Notes under the pieces: generated by a model
Databases searched by the model: none
What the model saw: the letters and a program-made list of their open reading frames with translations, nothing else
Told to the model about the DNA's origin: nothing
Position numbers and translations under genes: made by a program
Origin: an uncultured Chloroflexia bacterium
Lineage (GTDB): Bacteria; Chloroflexota; Anaerolineae; CG2-30-64-16
Assembly (NCBI GenBank): GCA_963810095.1
Contig: CAWEMM010000006.1
Location: 1,536,001 to 1,600,000, forward strand
Direction of reading: 5' to 3'
DNA length: 64,000 nucleotides
In this document: in pieces, positions 1-10,336 of the stretch
How positions within the stretch are numbered: the stretch's first letter is position 1
Layout: every line of letters starts with the position of its first letter

Positions 1-1159
1 CCACGAGATGCTCGGCGATGATGGGCACGAGCCCGATACCGTTGAGGATGACGAAGGCCACGAGCGCCTCGGGCGAGTTCTTGATGTCGCTCATGCGCTT
101 CTTCATAATCACGAGGCGTTCCACCGGGTCGCGGGTTTCGACGGGCAGGGTCAGGATGACCAGGCCGAACCGGTTGCCGAGCTCGCCTACCTCGTGCGGC
201 TGGCGCAGGTTCACCGGCACCATGGCGTTCATCTCCACCCCTGCGGTCGACTGGCCTGTGTCTTCCAGGTAACGCCGGAGCGCGCCGGCCACTGCCGCGA
301 GGAGCACGTCGTTGACCGTGCCGCCCAGCCGCTTGCCGATAGCCTTGACACTCTCGAGGGGGAATGGCTCGGACCAGGCGGCCCGCTTCGACCGCCCGCA
401 CGCGCCGTGAAACGCCTTGGCGCTATCGGGCAGCGTCAGCAGCAGCTTGCCCGTGGCGGCCACGACGTCCTCGCCTTTTTTCTTCCACGTCTTCGCCAGG
501 TCCTGCCCCTGCCGCGCCAGTTCGAGCCCGTGCGCGGGCCGCGCCAGGGTCGCCCGGCCTTCCTCGAGGATGCTGCCGGCGAGCTTGTGGATGCTCAGGC
601 CGCTGCGTCTCGGCGAGGCGACCCCTTCCTTGGCCAGCAGGTCACGCGCGCGCGCCTTAGGCTGGACGGCCGACAGCGGCTCGGGCACCTCGTCGGTCAT
701 CCCCAGCAGCACGTCGACCAGCGCCAACCCGTCGCCGATGCAGTGGTGCAGCCGGCCGATCATGGCCCCGCCCGCCCCGAAGTTGTCGACCACGTGGAAA
801 TCCCACAGTGGCCGCGTGTAATCCAGCGGGGTGCTCATCAGGTCGCTGACCAGCTCCTGCAGAGCCGCCATGTCGCCCGGCGCGGGCAAGGCCACCCGGT
901 GCACGTGGGCGTTGAGGTCGAAATGGGGATCGTCTTCCCAACTGGGCAAGGTGAGCCCAAGCGGCGTCTCGCGCACCCGCTGTCGGAAGCGGTCGTGCCG
1001 CAGCATGCGTTCGCCCAGGATGTCCTTTACGCGGCTAAAGTCCAGCGGCTGCTCGAACATCATGACGCCGGTAATCATCATCTTGTTCGTCAGCCGGTCC
1101 ATGCGGAGCCAGGTGGCGTCGACGGGCGAAAAGACTGTGCGTTTGAGGTGCGGGGCCAT
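1..1159 (-). CDS. Wax ester synthase/diacylglycerol acyltransferase (WS/DGAT), 3' end beyond window edge
   Basis: Not in the ORF track; translated by hand: MAPHLKRTVFSPVDATWLRMDRLTNKMMITGVMMF...RPLWDFHVV...GRLHHCIGDGLALV...GTVNDVLLAAVAGALRRYL...AMVPVNLR...LGNRFG. HHxxxDG catalytic motif; GGAGG RBS upstream of the ATG. Confidence 0.9.
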   Translation of the reverse strand, partial: MAPHLKRTVFSPVDATWLRMDRLTNKMMITGVMMFEQPLDFSRVKDILGERMLRHDRFRQRVRETPLGLTLPSWEDDPHFDLNAHVHRVALPAPGDMAALQELVSDLMSTPLDYTRPLWDFHVVDNFGAGGAMIGRLHHCIGDGLALVDVLLGMTDEVPEPLSAVQPKARARDLLAKEGVASPRRSGLSIHKLAGSILEEGRATLARPAHGLELARQGQDLAKTWKKKGEDVVAATGKLLLTLPDSAKAFHGACGRSKRAAWSEPFPLESVKAIGKRLGGTVNDVLLAAVAGALRRYLEDTGQSTAGVEMNAMVPVNLRQPHEVGELGNRFGLVILTLPVETRDPVERLVIMKKRMSDIKNSPEALVAFVILNGIGLVPIIAEHLV

Positions 1160-1215
1160 CGATGCCCTCCTTTGGGTATCGCGAAAAAAGAGGCCAGAAA
1201 GGGCCTTTGTAACAG

Positions 1216-1244
1216 AGAGTACACCCTGGGCGAATCAATGTCAA
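1216..1244 (-). promoter_or_regulatory. Sigma70-type promoter for WS/DGAT
   Basis: Minus strand TTGACA (1244-1239), 17 nt, TACTCT (1221-1216). Confidence 0.55.
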
Positions 1245-1311
1245 TGCGACAAAAGTGCGGAGGTGCATGCCAGACCGGGGCAAGAGCAGCGGAGGACTGG
1301 AACGCGTGGAC

Positions 1312-1950
1312 TCAGGACTCGGCGGGCGTGCGGCGAAGAGCGGCACGCCGCCCGCTGCGCCGTGCGATCAGCCACGCGCGGACCTGGGGCAGGCGGATGA
1401 ACAGGCTCAGCGCGACTACCGCGCCCCAGATCAGCGGCCCCCGGATGTCGGCCTTCACCGCCCAGACGTAATGCGTGACGACCAGCGCGCCGGCGAGATA
1501 GACCCAGCGGTGCAGCTTGCGCCAGGTCTTCCCCAGCCGCCGCTGCCAGCCCCTCGTCGACGTGACTGCGAGTGGGATCAGGATCAGCAGCGCGGCGAGG
1601 CCGACAAAGATGTAGCGCTTGCCCGCCACGTCGGCCCAGAGGAACTGGAAGTTGAAGCCGTAGTCGAGGCCGACGAACGTCAGGAAGTGGAGCGCGGCGT
1701 AGCCGAACGCGTACAGCCCGAGCGGGCGGCGCCACCGGGTAACGAAGGACCAGCCCGTCACGATGTTCGCCGGCGTGCACCAGAGGGATAGCACGAGCAT
1801 GATCAGCGCGTACTTCCCCGTCCGCTGCTCGACGTCCTGGATCGGATTAACTGACAGCCGCCCGGAGGCTGCATCGAACAGCAGCCAGGCCAAGGGAAGC
1901 AGCGCGGCTACGTGAACCAGGATTTGCCAGAGGCGAACCTTGCGCATCAA
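1312..1950 (-). CDS. msrQ: Methionine sulfoxide reductase heme-binding membrane subunit MsrQ
   Basis: [43 protein letters not shown] motifs; overlaps the msrP stop. Confidence 0.92.
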   Translation of the reverse strand: MMRKVRLWQILVHVAALLPLAWLLFDAASGRLSVNPIQDVEQRTGKYALIMLVLSLWCTPANIVTGWSFVTRWRRPLGLYAFGYAALHFLTFVGLDYGFNFQFLWADVAGKRYIFVGLAALLILIPLAVTSTRGWQRRLGKTWRKLHRWVYLAGALVVTHYVWAVKADIRGPLIWGAVVALSLFIRLPQVRAWLIARRSGRRAALRRTPAES

Positions 1951-2957
1951 TAGTTAGCCCGTAAGTCCATGCCGGCATAGAGGCTCGCCACCTGATCCGC
2001 GTAGCCGTTGAACGGCAGCGTCGCGCGCCGGCCTGATTCGCCGATGCGCCGCTCGCTGGCCTGCGACCAGCGCGGGTGTGGCACGTCGGGATTAACGTTC
2101 GAGTAGAACCCGTACTCCTCGGGTGCGGCCTTCATCCAGAGCGACACCGGCTGCTCGGCCACCAGGTCGATCTTCACGATCGACTTGATGCTCTTGAAGC
2201 CGTACTTCCACGGAACCACCAGCCGGATGGGCGCGCCGTTCTGCGGGTAGAGCTGCTTGCCGTACAGCCCGACCGACAGGAGCGCCAGGTCGTTCATCGC
2301 CTCGTCAAGCCGCAGCCCTTCGACGTAGGGCCAGTCGTACCAGTCGGACTTCTGGCCGGGCATGCGCTCGGGATCGAGCAGCGTCTCGAACCGCACGTAC
2401 TTCGCATCTGACTTGGGCTCCACCTCTTTGAGCAGCCTGGCCAGGGAAAAGCCGAGCCATGGAATCACCATCGACCACGCTTCCACGCAGCGCAGCCGGT
2501 AGATGCGTTCCTCGGGCTGGAACTTGCGGACCAGGTCGTCGATCCCGTAGGTCTTCGGCTGGTTCACCAAGCCGCCCACCTGCACGGTCCACGGCGACGT
2601 GACGAATCCTTTGGCGTTGCGGGCAGGGTCCCCCTTGTCCATCCCGAACTCGTAAAAGTTGTTGTAGGTGGTCACTGCCTCGTGCGAGGTAAGCGGAGCG
2701 CCGGTCTCGTCTGCTGTCTTGCCGGCTTGCGGCGCCGCATCGGACGGGGGCAGCAGGCCGGGAGGCGTCACGGCGGTCGGGCTGCCACCTGCGGCCGGTG
2801 TGGCGGCAGGGGTCGGCGCGGCGGGCGCGGCACAGGCCGCCAACGCAAGTGCGCCCGCGCCGATGGCGACCCCCTTCATGAACTGGCGCCGGTTGATGTA
2901 CACCTTCTCCGGCGTAATCTCGGATGATGGAATGCGCGGCCACTTTTGCATTGGCAT
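1947..2957 (-). CDS. msrP: Periplasmic methionine sulfoxide reductase catalytic (molybdopterin) subunit MsrP
   Basis: SEITPE, Tat-like [63 protein letters not shown]; start placed at the ATG after GGAGGA. Confidence 0.95.
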   Translation of the reverse strand: MPMQKWPRIPSSEITPEKVYINRRQFMKGVAIGAGALALAACAAPAAPTPAATPAAGGSPTAVTPPGLLPPSDAAPQAGKTADETGAPLTSHEAVTTYNNFYEFGMDKGDPARNAKGFVTSPWTVQVGGLVNQPKTYGIDDLVRKFQPEERIYRLRCVEAWSMVIPWLGFSLARLLKEVEPKSDAKYVRFETLLDPERMPGQKSDWYDWPYVEGLRLDEAMNDLALLSVGLYGKQLYPQNGAPIRLVVPWKYGFKSIKSIVKIDLVAEQPVSLWMKAAPEEYGFYSNVNPDVPHPRWSQASERRIGESGRRATLPFNGYADQVASLYAGMDLRANY

Positions 2958-3224
2958 GAGTCCTCCAGATCGACCACTTCGAGCATTGCGCCTTCGTGCG
3001 GCATGGAAGCGAACTTTCACCCGGCACGACGAGACGCAAGCTTCGTGAGCAGGGGTTTTTCCCGGGGCTTCACCCGTGCTTTCCCTGTCCTGTGTAGCAT
3101 AAGGCACTAAAATGAGACCTATCTTAAGAGTTTATTACAAGCTTATTACCCCTTCTGTAAGCAAGCGACCCGCAAGGGGGGCGCCGGCTCCTGACAGCGC
3201 CGATCAGTGTGATAGAATGCTGCC

Positions 3225-4275
3225 GTGGTGCGACGTAGGCGCGCGGCCTGGGCTTTGGGCGGGGCAGCTGCGGCGGCCGGTGGGCTGGCGGCCTACTGGT
3301 ACGCGCACCGGGTCGAACGGGTACGCGTCGCGCTCCACCGGGCTACCATTGAGGTTGACAAGCCCGGCCTGCCGCCGGACGGTCTCACCATCCTCCATCT
3401 TTCCGACTTCCACTTTCGGTCGCATGATCCGGTCCAGGAGGCGCGTTTGCGACGGCTGCGCGCTTTGCTTTCAGCTGAGCCTTACGACATCCTCGCCTTC
3501 ACCGGCGACCTGATCCACAACGAAGCGGGCCTGCCGCGCGCCCTTCGGTTCCTCGCAGAGTTCGATCCCCGCATCGCAGCGTTTTCCGTGCCGGGCAACC
3601 GGGACTACTGGGAGTCGAGCTTCAAGGCCCTCCTGGGCACCCCGGAAGAGCGGGCAGGTCTCGGCGTGGTGGGGCAGGTGCGGCTGGTGCTCGGGAAGAC
3701 CCGGCGGATGCTACGCATATTCGCAGGCAATGAGCGCGCGAGCCTCCGCCTCCACAGTAACGACGTGCCCGCCATGAACGCGGCGCTCGCGGCTCAAGGA
3801 ATCGAGCCGCTGCTCAATCGGGCCGTCAACGTGCGAGGGTCGGGAATTGACCTTTGGTTTGCAGGGATCGACGATTGGACACAGGGCGGCCCGGACCTGG
3901 GGGCCGCGCTCGCACCCGTGCCGGACGGGGCCGTGCTGGTTTTGCTGGCACATAACCCCGACGTGTGGCTGCGCGCAGAAGGCCGAGGGCGAGGCGAGCG
4001 CCCGGCGCGCAGACCTGGTCCTGGCGGGCCACACACACGGCGGGCAAATCAACCTGCCGCTGGTGGGCGCATGGTACCGGCAGGGCACGCTGGTGAACCG
4101 GCGGCAGGCTGCGGGCTGGTTTGCGGATGGCGCGAGCCGGATGTTCGTCAGCCGGGGGCTGGGGGAGAGCTTTCCGTTCCGGTTCCGCGCTCCGCCCCAG
4201 GCCGCGCTGATTCGCCTGGTTGCGGCCGCGCCCGGCATAGACACTCACCCCGCGCTGGCGGACAGCGCGGGATAA
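3225..4275 (+). CDS. Metallophosphoesterase (YkuE/YaeI-like), frameshift near 3990
   Basis: HLSDFH, FTGDL, PGNRD, LAHNPD in ORF 3225; continues DLVLAGHTHGGQ...VSRGLG in the frame of ORF 3847. Confidence 0.85.
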
Positions 4276-4279
4276 GGTA

Positions 4280-4381
4280 GGACACTGATTGAAATGATGG
4301 GACTGATCACCATGATCTTATTCCGAAAGGGGCAGTGCGGATCAGTTCAATCAGGCGCATCAGTGTCCCATTTCAGATCAG
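4280..4381. repeat. Palindromic ~100-125 bp intergenic element, copy A
   Basis: GGACACTGATT...ATCAGTGTCCCATTTCAGATCAG; its reverse complement aligns by eye with 59645-59750. Confidence 0.8.
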
Positions 4382-4483
4382 GGCGCAGATGACATCGATG
4401 GTGTGGATTGCCAGGATTCCTTTGAGACAGGTGTGCCGCTCTTGACCGAACAAGACAGGGGTTTCATCAGAGGAGGAAGGACA

Positions 4484-5740
4484 GTGGGGAGAAGTGCCAA
4501 AGGCTGGCTCGCCGGTGGGCTGGTGGGAGTCGTCGCAGCAGGTGGACTGGCGGCGCTCTATGCGACGTCGCTCGCACGCGAGCAGGTGCAGTTGGACCGG
4601 TACACGGTGCATATCACGAAACCCTCATTTCCGCGGTCCGGGCTGACGATTCTGCACCTCACCGACTTTCATTTCCGGGCGGGCGGCGCGGTGCAGGAGC
4701 GCAAGCTGGCGCAGTTGCACAGGCTGCTGGCGGGCGAGAGCTACGATCTCGTCGCGCTGACCGGCGACCTGATCCACGACACCGCCGGCCTGCCAAAGGC
4801 GCTGGAACTGATCCGGTCGCTTGACGCCCGCTGCGGGCTCTACTTCGTGCCCGGCAACCATGACTACGCCGAGTACACGCCTTGGGGTGTGCTGGGCCAC
4901 ACCTGGCGCGAGAGCGCGGAAGGGGGATCGCGCTTTACGGACGTCAAGCACATTGCCCGCGCGCTCGCCGATTTCGTGCGCAAGGTCGTGAAGAACGAGT
5001 TGGTGCGAATGCCGGTGTGCTTCAACGATGTACCGGCGATGATTGCAGAACTGGAAGTTGCCGGGGTGCGCAGCCTGGTGAACGCGTCGATGCGGCTGCC
5101 CGTGGACGGCGGCGAGGTCTGGTTAGCCGGCATCGACGACGAGATGGAAAGCCATCCCGACCTGGCGCAGGCTTTCGACGGGGTGCCGGAGGGCGCGCCG
5201 CTGATCCTGCTGGCCCACAACCCGGACATCTGGCTGCAGTGCGGCGTCGACCGGGCCGACCTGGTGCTTTCAGGCCACACGCACGGCGGGCAGATTCAGC
5301 TCCCGATCATGGGCGCGGTGCACACGCAGGGCACGCACCTCAGCCGCAAGGCGCCGGCCGGCTGGTTCGAGCGGGGGCATTCGAAGATGTTTGTGGGCCG
5401 GGGGCTGGGCGAGAGCATCCCGCTGCGCTTCGGCGCGCGGCCCCAGGTCGCGCTGATCACGCTGCTGCCGGGCAGGGAATCAGCGCCCTCGATTACACGG
5501 TCAGCGTGGGATCGCCGACGTGCGGCTTGTCGACCGGGCCGGCGGCCTCCTGCCATGCGGGGCAGCGGCGCTCGGGCGGTGTGGGCCGGTCCTGGTGGGG
5601 TCCGCCCGGGCAGCGGCAGAAGGCCTGGAGGCGGGCGGCTTGCCCGTCGCCGTTCGAGCGGAAGAAGTCGACGAACGTGCACGTGTCGCAGGAGCCCCGC
5701 GCGGGCTGCCTGCCAAACAGGGAGGCAAGTTTTTCTTTAA
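4484..5740 (+). CDS. Metallophosphoesterase (YkuE/YaeI-like), paralog 2; recognisable domain ends near 5475
   Basis: HLTDFH, LTGDL, PGNHD, LAHNPD, SGHTHGGQ, VGRGLG; GTG start after AGGAGG; C-terminal extension looks non-homologous. Confidence 0.85.
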   Translation: MGRSAKGWLAGGLVGVVAAGGLAALYATSLAREQVQLDRYTVHITKPSFPRSGLTILHLTDFHFRAGGAVQERKLAQLHRLLAGESYDLVALTGDLIHDTAGLPKALELIRSLDARCGLYFVPGNHDYAEYTPWGVLGHTWRESAEGGSRFTDVKHIARALADFVRKVVKNELVRMPVCFNDVPAMIAELEVAGVRSLVNASMRLPVDGGEVWLAGIDDEMESHPDLAQAFDGVPEGAPLILLAHNPDIWLQCGVDRADLVLSGHTHGGQIQLPIMGAVHTQGTHLSRKAPAGWFERGHSKMFVGRGLGESIPLRFGARPQVALITLLPGRESAPSITRSAWDRRRAACRPGRRPPAMRGSGARAVWAGPGGVRPGSGRRPGGGRLARRRSSGRSRRTCTCRRSPARAACQTGRQVFL

Positions 5741-5750
5741 TGGACGTCAT
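5493..5750 (-). CDS. Small Cys-rich hypothetical protein (CxxC...CxC...CxxW)
   Basis: 85-aa ORF with GGAGAGG RBS; SCDTCTF, FCRCPGG, RRCPAW. Confidence 0.6.
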   Translation of the reverse strand: MTSIKEKLASLFGRQPARGSCDTCTFVDFFRSNGDGQAARLQAFCRCPGGPHQDRPTPPERRCPAWQEAAGPVDKPHVGDPTLTV

Positions 5751-5834
5751 GGGCGCCTCTCCAGGTGACTTGCCCGAGCATAGACGGCGGCCGGCCGGCT
5801 GTCAGCAAGCCGCTTTACGGTTAGGGCGGCCCGT

Positions 5835-7004
5835 ATGTCGCTGATCGCCTACCTGCCCCCGATCATCCCGCCCGGCCGGCGAGCGGAGGACCTGGTCCTC
5901 CGTGTCGAACAGATCACGTCGCGCTCGGGCCTCGGCCAGTTTGCTTCGACGCCGCGCCATCTCTACCGCGACGACCCCCGCTGGGTGCCGCCCTTCAGCG
6001 CAGCACGGCGCGATGCGCTCTGGCCCGACCGCAACCCGTTCTTGTCGGGGGGCGCCGTGGGCGCGTTTCGGGTCATAGCGCAGAACCTTGGGCTGGGCGA
6101 CGAGACCATGGGCGTGCTGGCCGCATGGTGGAAGCCCCGCAAGGAGGACGTGGCCGGCGCATGGGGCCGCTGGGGGCTATTGGAAGCGGTGAACCTGGAG
6201 GAGGTCGCAGACCCGCTTTTCTACGAGGCCGAGAACTGGATTTTCGAGCACACGCCGGGCATCGTGGGCATTCGCGGGCCTTGGAGCCCCGAGCCGCTTG
6301 TCGCACCCGGGCTGCTCACGGATGGGTTCGACGCACAGCCTCTCGCCCTCCTGCCCTACAACCCGCCCTACTATCCGGAAATGGTCGAGGGCCAGGGGTA
6401 TGCGCCCGGCTTGAGCTGGCGGGCGTACCGGCTCGATCTGCCCACAAGCATCCCGCGCTACGAACGAACCGAGACCCTCGCCGCCGAGACATGGCGGGCC
6501 GTCGCCTCGGCCTACGCCGTTCAGCCTGACGTAACCGAGCCCCACGAGAGCCTGATTCCGGGGCTGGGGGCATGGCTGAACCACATAGGCGGTGGGGGCC
6601 AGTTCGGGTTCAATCGCTCATGGGAAAGCGCACTGCGTGCGGCATTCCGGTGGGGCGTTGCCGTTACGCCCAAGGACGGGGCGGCCTGTTTTGGCATCCC
6701 CGACCTGGGACCCGCGCTGCGCCTCAGCGGAGGGCGGCTGTTTCCGCTGGCATGGCCGCTGTTCGAGATCGGGCTGCGCCGGACGCGGCGCCTGCACATC
6801 TTCCCGCCCATCGCACCGCCGGAGTGGGACGCCGGGCGGCTGGCCGAGTTGTACGCCGGGGTCATTGAAGCCGCTGCGGCGGCAGGCTACCGGCAGGCAG
6901 TTGTCGCGCCCGTAGCCGACGGCGACGAGCGGACTATCCAAGCGCTTGCGCTTAGCAGGGCCGCGCCGGTCCAGCAGTTCACGGTCTATCAGAAGGATCT
7001 CTAG
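5835..7004 (+). CDS. YghO-like putative GNAT-fold protein
   Basis: LYRDDPRWVPPF, RNPFL, IRGP, PGLLTDGF, PYNPPYYPEMVE..GY pattern typical of this family. Confidence 0.6.
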   Translation: MSLIAYLPPIIPPGRRAEDLVLRVEQITSRSGLGQFASTPRHLYRDDPRWVPPFSAARRDALWPDRNPFLSGGAVGAFRVIAQNLGLGDETMGVLAAWWKPRKEDVAGAWGRWGLLEAVNLEEVADPLFYEAENWIFEHTPGIVGIRGPWSPEPLVAPGLLTDGFDAQPLALLPYNPPYYPEMVEGQGYAPGLSWRAYRLDLPTSIPRYERTETLAAETWRAVASAYAVQPDVTEPHESLIPGLGAWLNHIGGGGQFGFNRSWESALRAAFRWGVAVTPKDGAACFGIPDLGPALRLSGGRLFPLAWPLFEIGLRRTRRLHIFPPIAPPEWDAGRLAELYAGVIEAAAAAGYRQAVVAPVADGDERTIQALALSRAAPVQQFTVYQKDL

Positions 7005-8788
7005 CTGTCCTCGTCGGGCGAGCGCCACAACGCGGGGGGCCGCTCGAAGACGATCCCGCGCTTCGAGTCCATCACCACGTGCATCCCGTCGGCCAGGCCC
7101 TCGATGCCGTCGGAGACGGCTACGATCGCAGGCAGACCCAGCTCCAGTGCGGCAAGCCGGCAGTGGGCATCGGGGCGTGCGTCGGCGCTGATCAGCCCGG
7201 CCGCCCGGTGCAACAGGGGCATGAAACTGCGATCGGTCTTCGTCGTGACGATGATCTCGTCGGGACTGATGTCCGTATCGACCGGCACAGGCGACTCGAG
7301 GCGGCGCACCCGGCCGATCACCTTCCGGTCGCCCAGGCCGTGCCCCCGCACCAAGACCCGCTCGATCAGGTGCACCTTCATCACGTTGGTCGTCCCGCCG
7401 GCCCCTTCCACCGAGCCGCCCGTCACGATCAGCACGTCGCCCTCTTTGACATACCCGGCGGCCTGGGCCGTCTCAACGGCATCGGCAATCACCGCATCGG
7501 TGGATGCGCCGCGTTGAGACAACAGCGGGTATACGCCCCAGAACAACACGAGCTCGCGTTGCGCGAAGGGGCTGGGTGTGACGGCCACGATCGGGCAGGG
7601 CGGCCGGAAGCGCGAGACGGCGCGGGCCGTCGAACCGGATACTGTCGGGGTGATGATGGCGGCGGCGCTCAAGTCCAGCGCAGTTTCGACCGACGCGTGC
7701 GATACCGCCTCGGCGAACGTGCGCCCCGCCTTGGCGGCCAGCTGTTTGCGGGCGCCCAATAGCTGCACCCGTTCGGCTTCCTGCGCGATGCGCACCATTG
7801 TCTGCACGGCCTGCAGCGGGTACTTGCCCGACGCGGTCTCGCCCGACAGCATGATCGCATCCGAGCCGTCGAGGATTGCGTTCGCTACATCCGAAGCTTC
7901 GGCGCGGGTTGGGCGGGGATTGCGGATCATCGAGTCCAGCATCTGGGTGGCCGTAATGACCGGCTTTCCCAACGCGTTGCACTTGGCAATGATTTGCTTC
8001 TGCAGCATTGGGACGGCTTCAGGCGAGAGCTCTATGCCCAGGTCGCCACGTGCAACCATGATCCCGTCGGAAGCCTCGATAATGTCGTCGATGTTCGTGA
8101 TCGCCTCAGGCTTCTCGATTTTCGAGATCACCGGCGTGCGCCGGCCGAAGGCGGAGAGCTGGCGGATGTACCCCTTGAGATCCCACACCTCCTGGCTGGT
8201 GCGCACAAACGACAGCGCCATCCAGTCGATCCCCTGCTCGATGGCAAACGCGAGGTCCTCGCGGTCCTTGTCCGTAATGGCCGGGATGCTCAACGCGGCA
8301 CGGGGCAAGTTCATGCCCTTGTTCGAGTTCAGCACGCCCCCGGTCACCACCCGGGTAACGATGTCGGTCCCGTCGATCTGCTCGACCTTGACTTCGAGCA
8401 GGCCATCGTCGATGAGGATGCGGTCGCCCGGCGCGAGCACCTGGGGGAGCAGCTCGTACTGCACCGGCACCCGGCCCGGGCCGCCTACGAGGTCGTCGGT
8501 CGTCATCACGAGCGTTTCGCCCGCAGTGATGGGCACGCCACCTTCCTGCATGACGCCCACCCGAAGTTTTGGGCCCTGCAGGTCGCCCAGGATGGCCACG
8601 GCCTTGCCCGTCTTGCTCGCGGCCTCGCGCACCCGGCGGATCGTTTCGGCGTGGGTGGCGTGGTCGCCGTGAGAGAAGTTCAGCCGCACGACGTCCATGC
8701 CGGCCTCGATCAACTGGATAAGCTGCCCCGGCTCGCGGCTGGCCGGCCCAATGGTGCAGACGATCTTCGTGTGCAGGTGTGGGACCAT
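7001..8788 (-). CDS. pyk: Pyruvate kinase with C-terminal PEP-utilizer swivel domain
   Basis: TKIVCTIGPAS, RLNFSHG, DLQGPKLR, IMVARGDLG, TATQMLDSM, PTRAEASDVANA, MLSGETASG. Confidence 0.97.
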   Translation of the reverse strand: MVPHLHTKIVCTIGPASREPGQLIQLIEAGMDVVRLNFSHGDHATHAETIRRVREAASKTGKAVAILGDLQGPKLRVGVMQEGGVPITAGETLVMTTDDLVGGPGRVPVQYELLPQVLAPGDRILIDDGLLEVKVEQIDGTDIVTRVVTGGVLNSNKGMNLPRAALSIPAITDKDREDLAFAIEQGIDWMALSFVRTSQEVWDLKGYIRQLSAFGRRTPVISKIEKPEAITNIDDIIEASDGIMVARGDLGIELSPEAVPMLQKQIIAKCNALGKPVITATQMLDSMIRNPRPTRAEASDVANAILDGSDAIMLSGETASGKYPLQAVQTMVRIAQEAERVQLLGARKQLAAKAGRTFAEAVSHASVETALDLSAAAIITPTVSGSTARAVSRFRPPCPIVAVTPSPFAQRELVLFWGVYPLLSQRGASTDAVIADAVETAQAAGYVKEGDVLIVTGGSVEGAGGTTNVMKVHLIERVLVRGHGLGDRKVIGRVRRLESPVPVDTDISPDEIIVTTKTDRSFMPLLHRAAGLISADARPDAHCRLAALELGLPAIVAVSDGIEGLADGMHVVMDSKRGIVFERPPALWRSPDEDS

Positions 8789-8812
8789 GGTTCTCCTCTT
8801 TGAGGGGTGGCG

Positions 8813-9823
8813 CTAGGCGTCAGGTTTTGTTGCGTCGGGTGTTTCGTCGGGCAGCGGGGCCGGCGGGCCGGGAGGCTCTGGCGATTCTGCCGCGGCCTTG
8901 ACCGCGGCCGTCACCGCCCGGCTGATCATCTTGACAAAGCGGGTGATGGGCCGGCCGCTGAACCGCTCGGCCAGTGTGTCCGCCACGTCGCGGTCACGGG
9001 GCATCTCCCCATAGCGTTCCTTGAGCCGCTCGCGGTGATAGGCCACCCAGATGTAAAGGTCGGCCTCTGTGCGCTGGGGGAACGACTTCAGCACCCGGCT
9101 CTCCTCGATCGCCTTGATCACCGGTGAGTAGACGTTGTCGTACCAGCTCGCGGCGGCCTCGGCGAGGGTCGGCTCGTACCCCCACTGCAGGCCAAGATAG
9201 TAGCGGTGGACCTCGACGTGCTCGAGCAAGATCTTGTACCGGCCCGGCTCGGTCAGCTCGATCTTCTGGTCAGGCCGCGTCTCGTCGAGGTGGGTTTCCC
9301 GCAGGAAATGCGCGTACTCCACCTTGATGATCAGGTCGTCGACGTCCGTCTCGGGGCCCAGCGGCACCATCGTCGAAATCTCGGTGACGGAGGCTTCGAT
9401 CAGGTCGAGCCCGTTTGCCTTTGCCACCGAGACCCGGTGATTGCCGTCGCGGACGAAGTAGACCTCGCCGATCTGGTACACGTCGATGGGAGGGAGGTCG
9501 CGGAGTTCGTTATAAGCTACATCGAGTCGCTTCCACCGCTCGCGGTCGGCCCCGCCGAGGGGGAGGAACGCTCGGTCAAAGTCGCGGTAGCGGCCGACGC
9601 TACCGATGATGCTGGCGATGGGGATAAGTTGGGTGCCGCGGTCGATCTCGGTGCGGCTCCGGACGAGTTCCTGGACCTGCTCGAAAGACAGTAATGTTTC
9701 GTCAGGCTTTTCCTTGAACAGCCGCAGCATCTGCCGGATGAGGGGTCTCGAGTGCGCGCGCTCGTACTTCTGCGCGGCCAGCGAAACCGGATACGGCGGG
9801 GTGCGGGGTGGTGCATCCATCAA
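8813..9823 (-). CDS. ParB-like domain / DUF4032-like protein
   Basis: IIGSVGRYRDFDRAFLP, PPIDVYQIGEVYFVRDGNHRVSVA, HVEVHRYYL, WYDNVY.P, FPQRTEADLYIW. Confidence 0.7.
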   Translation of the reverse strand: MMDAPPRTPPYPVSLAAQKYERAHSRPLIRQMLRLFKEKPDETLLSFEQVQELVRSRTEIDRGTQLIPIASIIGSVGRYRDFDRAFLPLGGADRERWKRLDVAYNELRDLPPIDVYQIGEVYFVRDGNHRVSVAKANGLDLIEASVTEISTMVPLGPETDVDDLIIKVEYAHFLRETHLDETRPDQKIELTEPGRYKILLEHVEVHRYYLGLQWGYEPTLAEAAASWYDNVYSPVIKAIEESRVLKSFPQRTEADLYIWVAYHRERLKERYGEMPRDRDVADTLAERFSGRPITRFVKMISRAVTAAVKAAAESPEPPGPPAPLPDETPDATKPDA

Positions 9824-10040
9824 AAATAGTCACTCCAGCGCGTGCTTGCTTGAAAGCTCGCACGTCGCGATGATACGCTTCTGGTTAGGCGCGCGCAAAC
9901 GCACCTGTACCGGTTCCTATGCTAGCACAAAGCAGTGGCAGACCAAAGTAGTCCCGCTTGCCAGGGTGTAGTTCGGGGTTTTGCGCGGGTGGATGGTTTG
10001 GAATGCGGCAGGGGCGGTCTCAGCTCACGCCTAATGACTG

Positions 10041-10104
10041 TTTGGCGGGGGCGCTCTTGCCCCCGCCGCCCCCGACCAGGGGCTGCGCCCCTTGGAACCC
10101 CAAA
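10041..10104. repeat. GC-rich double-hairpin element, copy 1
   Basis: GGCGGGGGC-loop-GCCCCCGCC, linker, CCAGGGGCTGCGCCCCTTGG, AACCCCAAA; same architecture at 13187-13251 and 13424-13490. Confidence 0.65.
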
Positions 10105-10200
10105 GGCAACGCTATCCGTACGCTTTCGCCCGGATAAGTCACTGCACGGGGGATGAGGCCGGGGCGGCAGGAACCATGCGTGTATTTAACGCTTCTTGCG

Positions 10201-10316
10201 TGAAATAGGACGTTGATTCAACTGATTGAGCGGACCGGACGAGTCCTTTGGGTAAAGATCGTCATAATCAGTCCGATCCGTTCAATCAGTGTCCCATTTC
10301 ATCCCGGTTGTCCAGC
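10201..10316. repeat. Palindromic intergenic element, copy B
   Basis: TGAAATAGGACGTTGATT...AATCAGTGTCCCATTTCATCCCGGTTGTCC; same orientation as copy D. Confidence 0.75.
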
Positions 10317-10336
10317 AGCGCAGGGGTGAAGGCCTG

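Noticed and set aside
8-1471. 487-aa plus-strand ORF and the many other long antisense ORFs (e.g. 21076..22890, 44012..45505)
   Set aside because: Shadow ORFs of high-GC genes on the opposite strand, with no recognisable motifs
7001-7330. Extra C-terminal swivel domain on pyruvate kinase
   Set aside because: Known architecture in Bacillus-type and cyanobacterial pyruvate kinases
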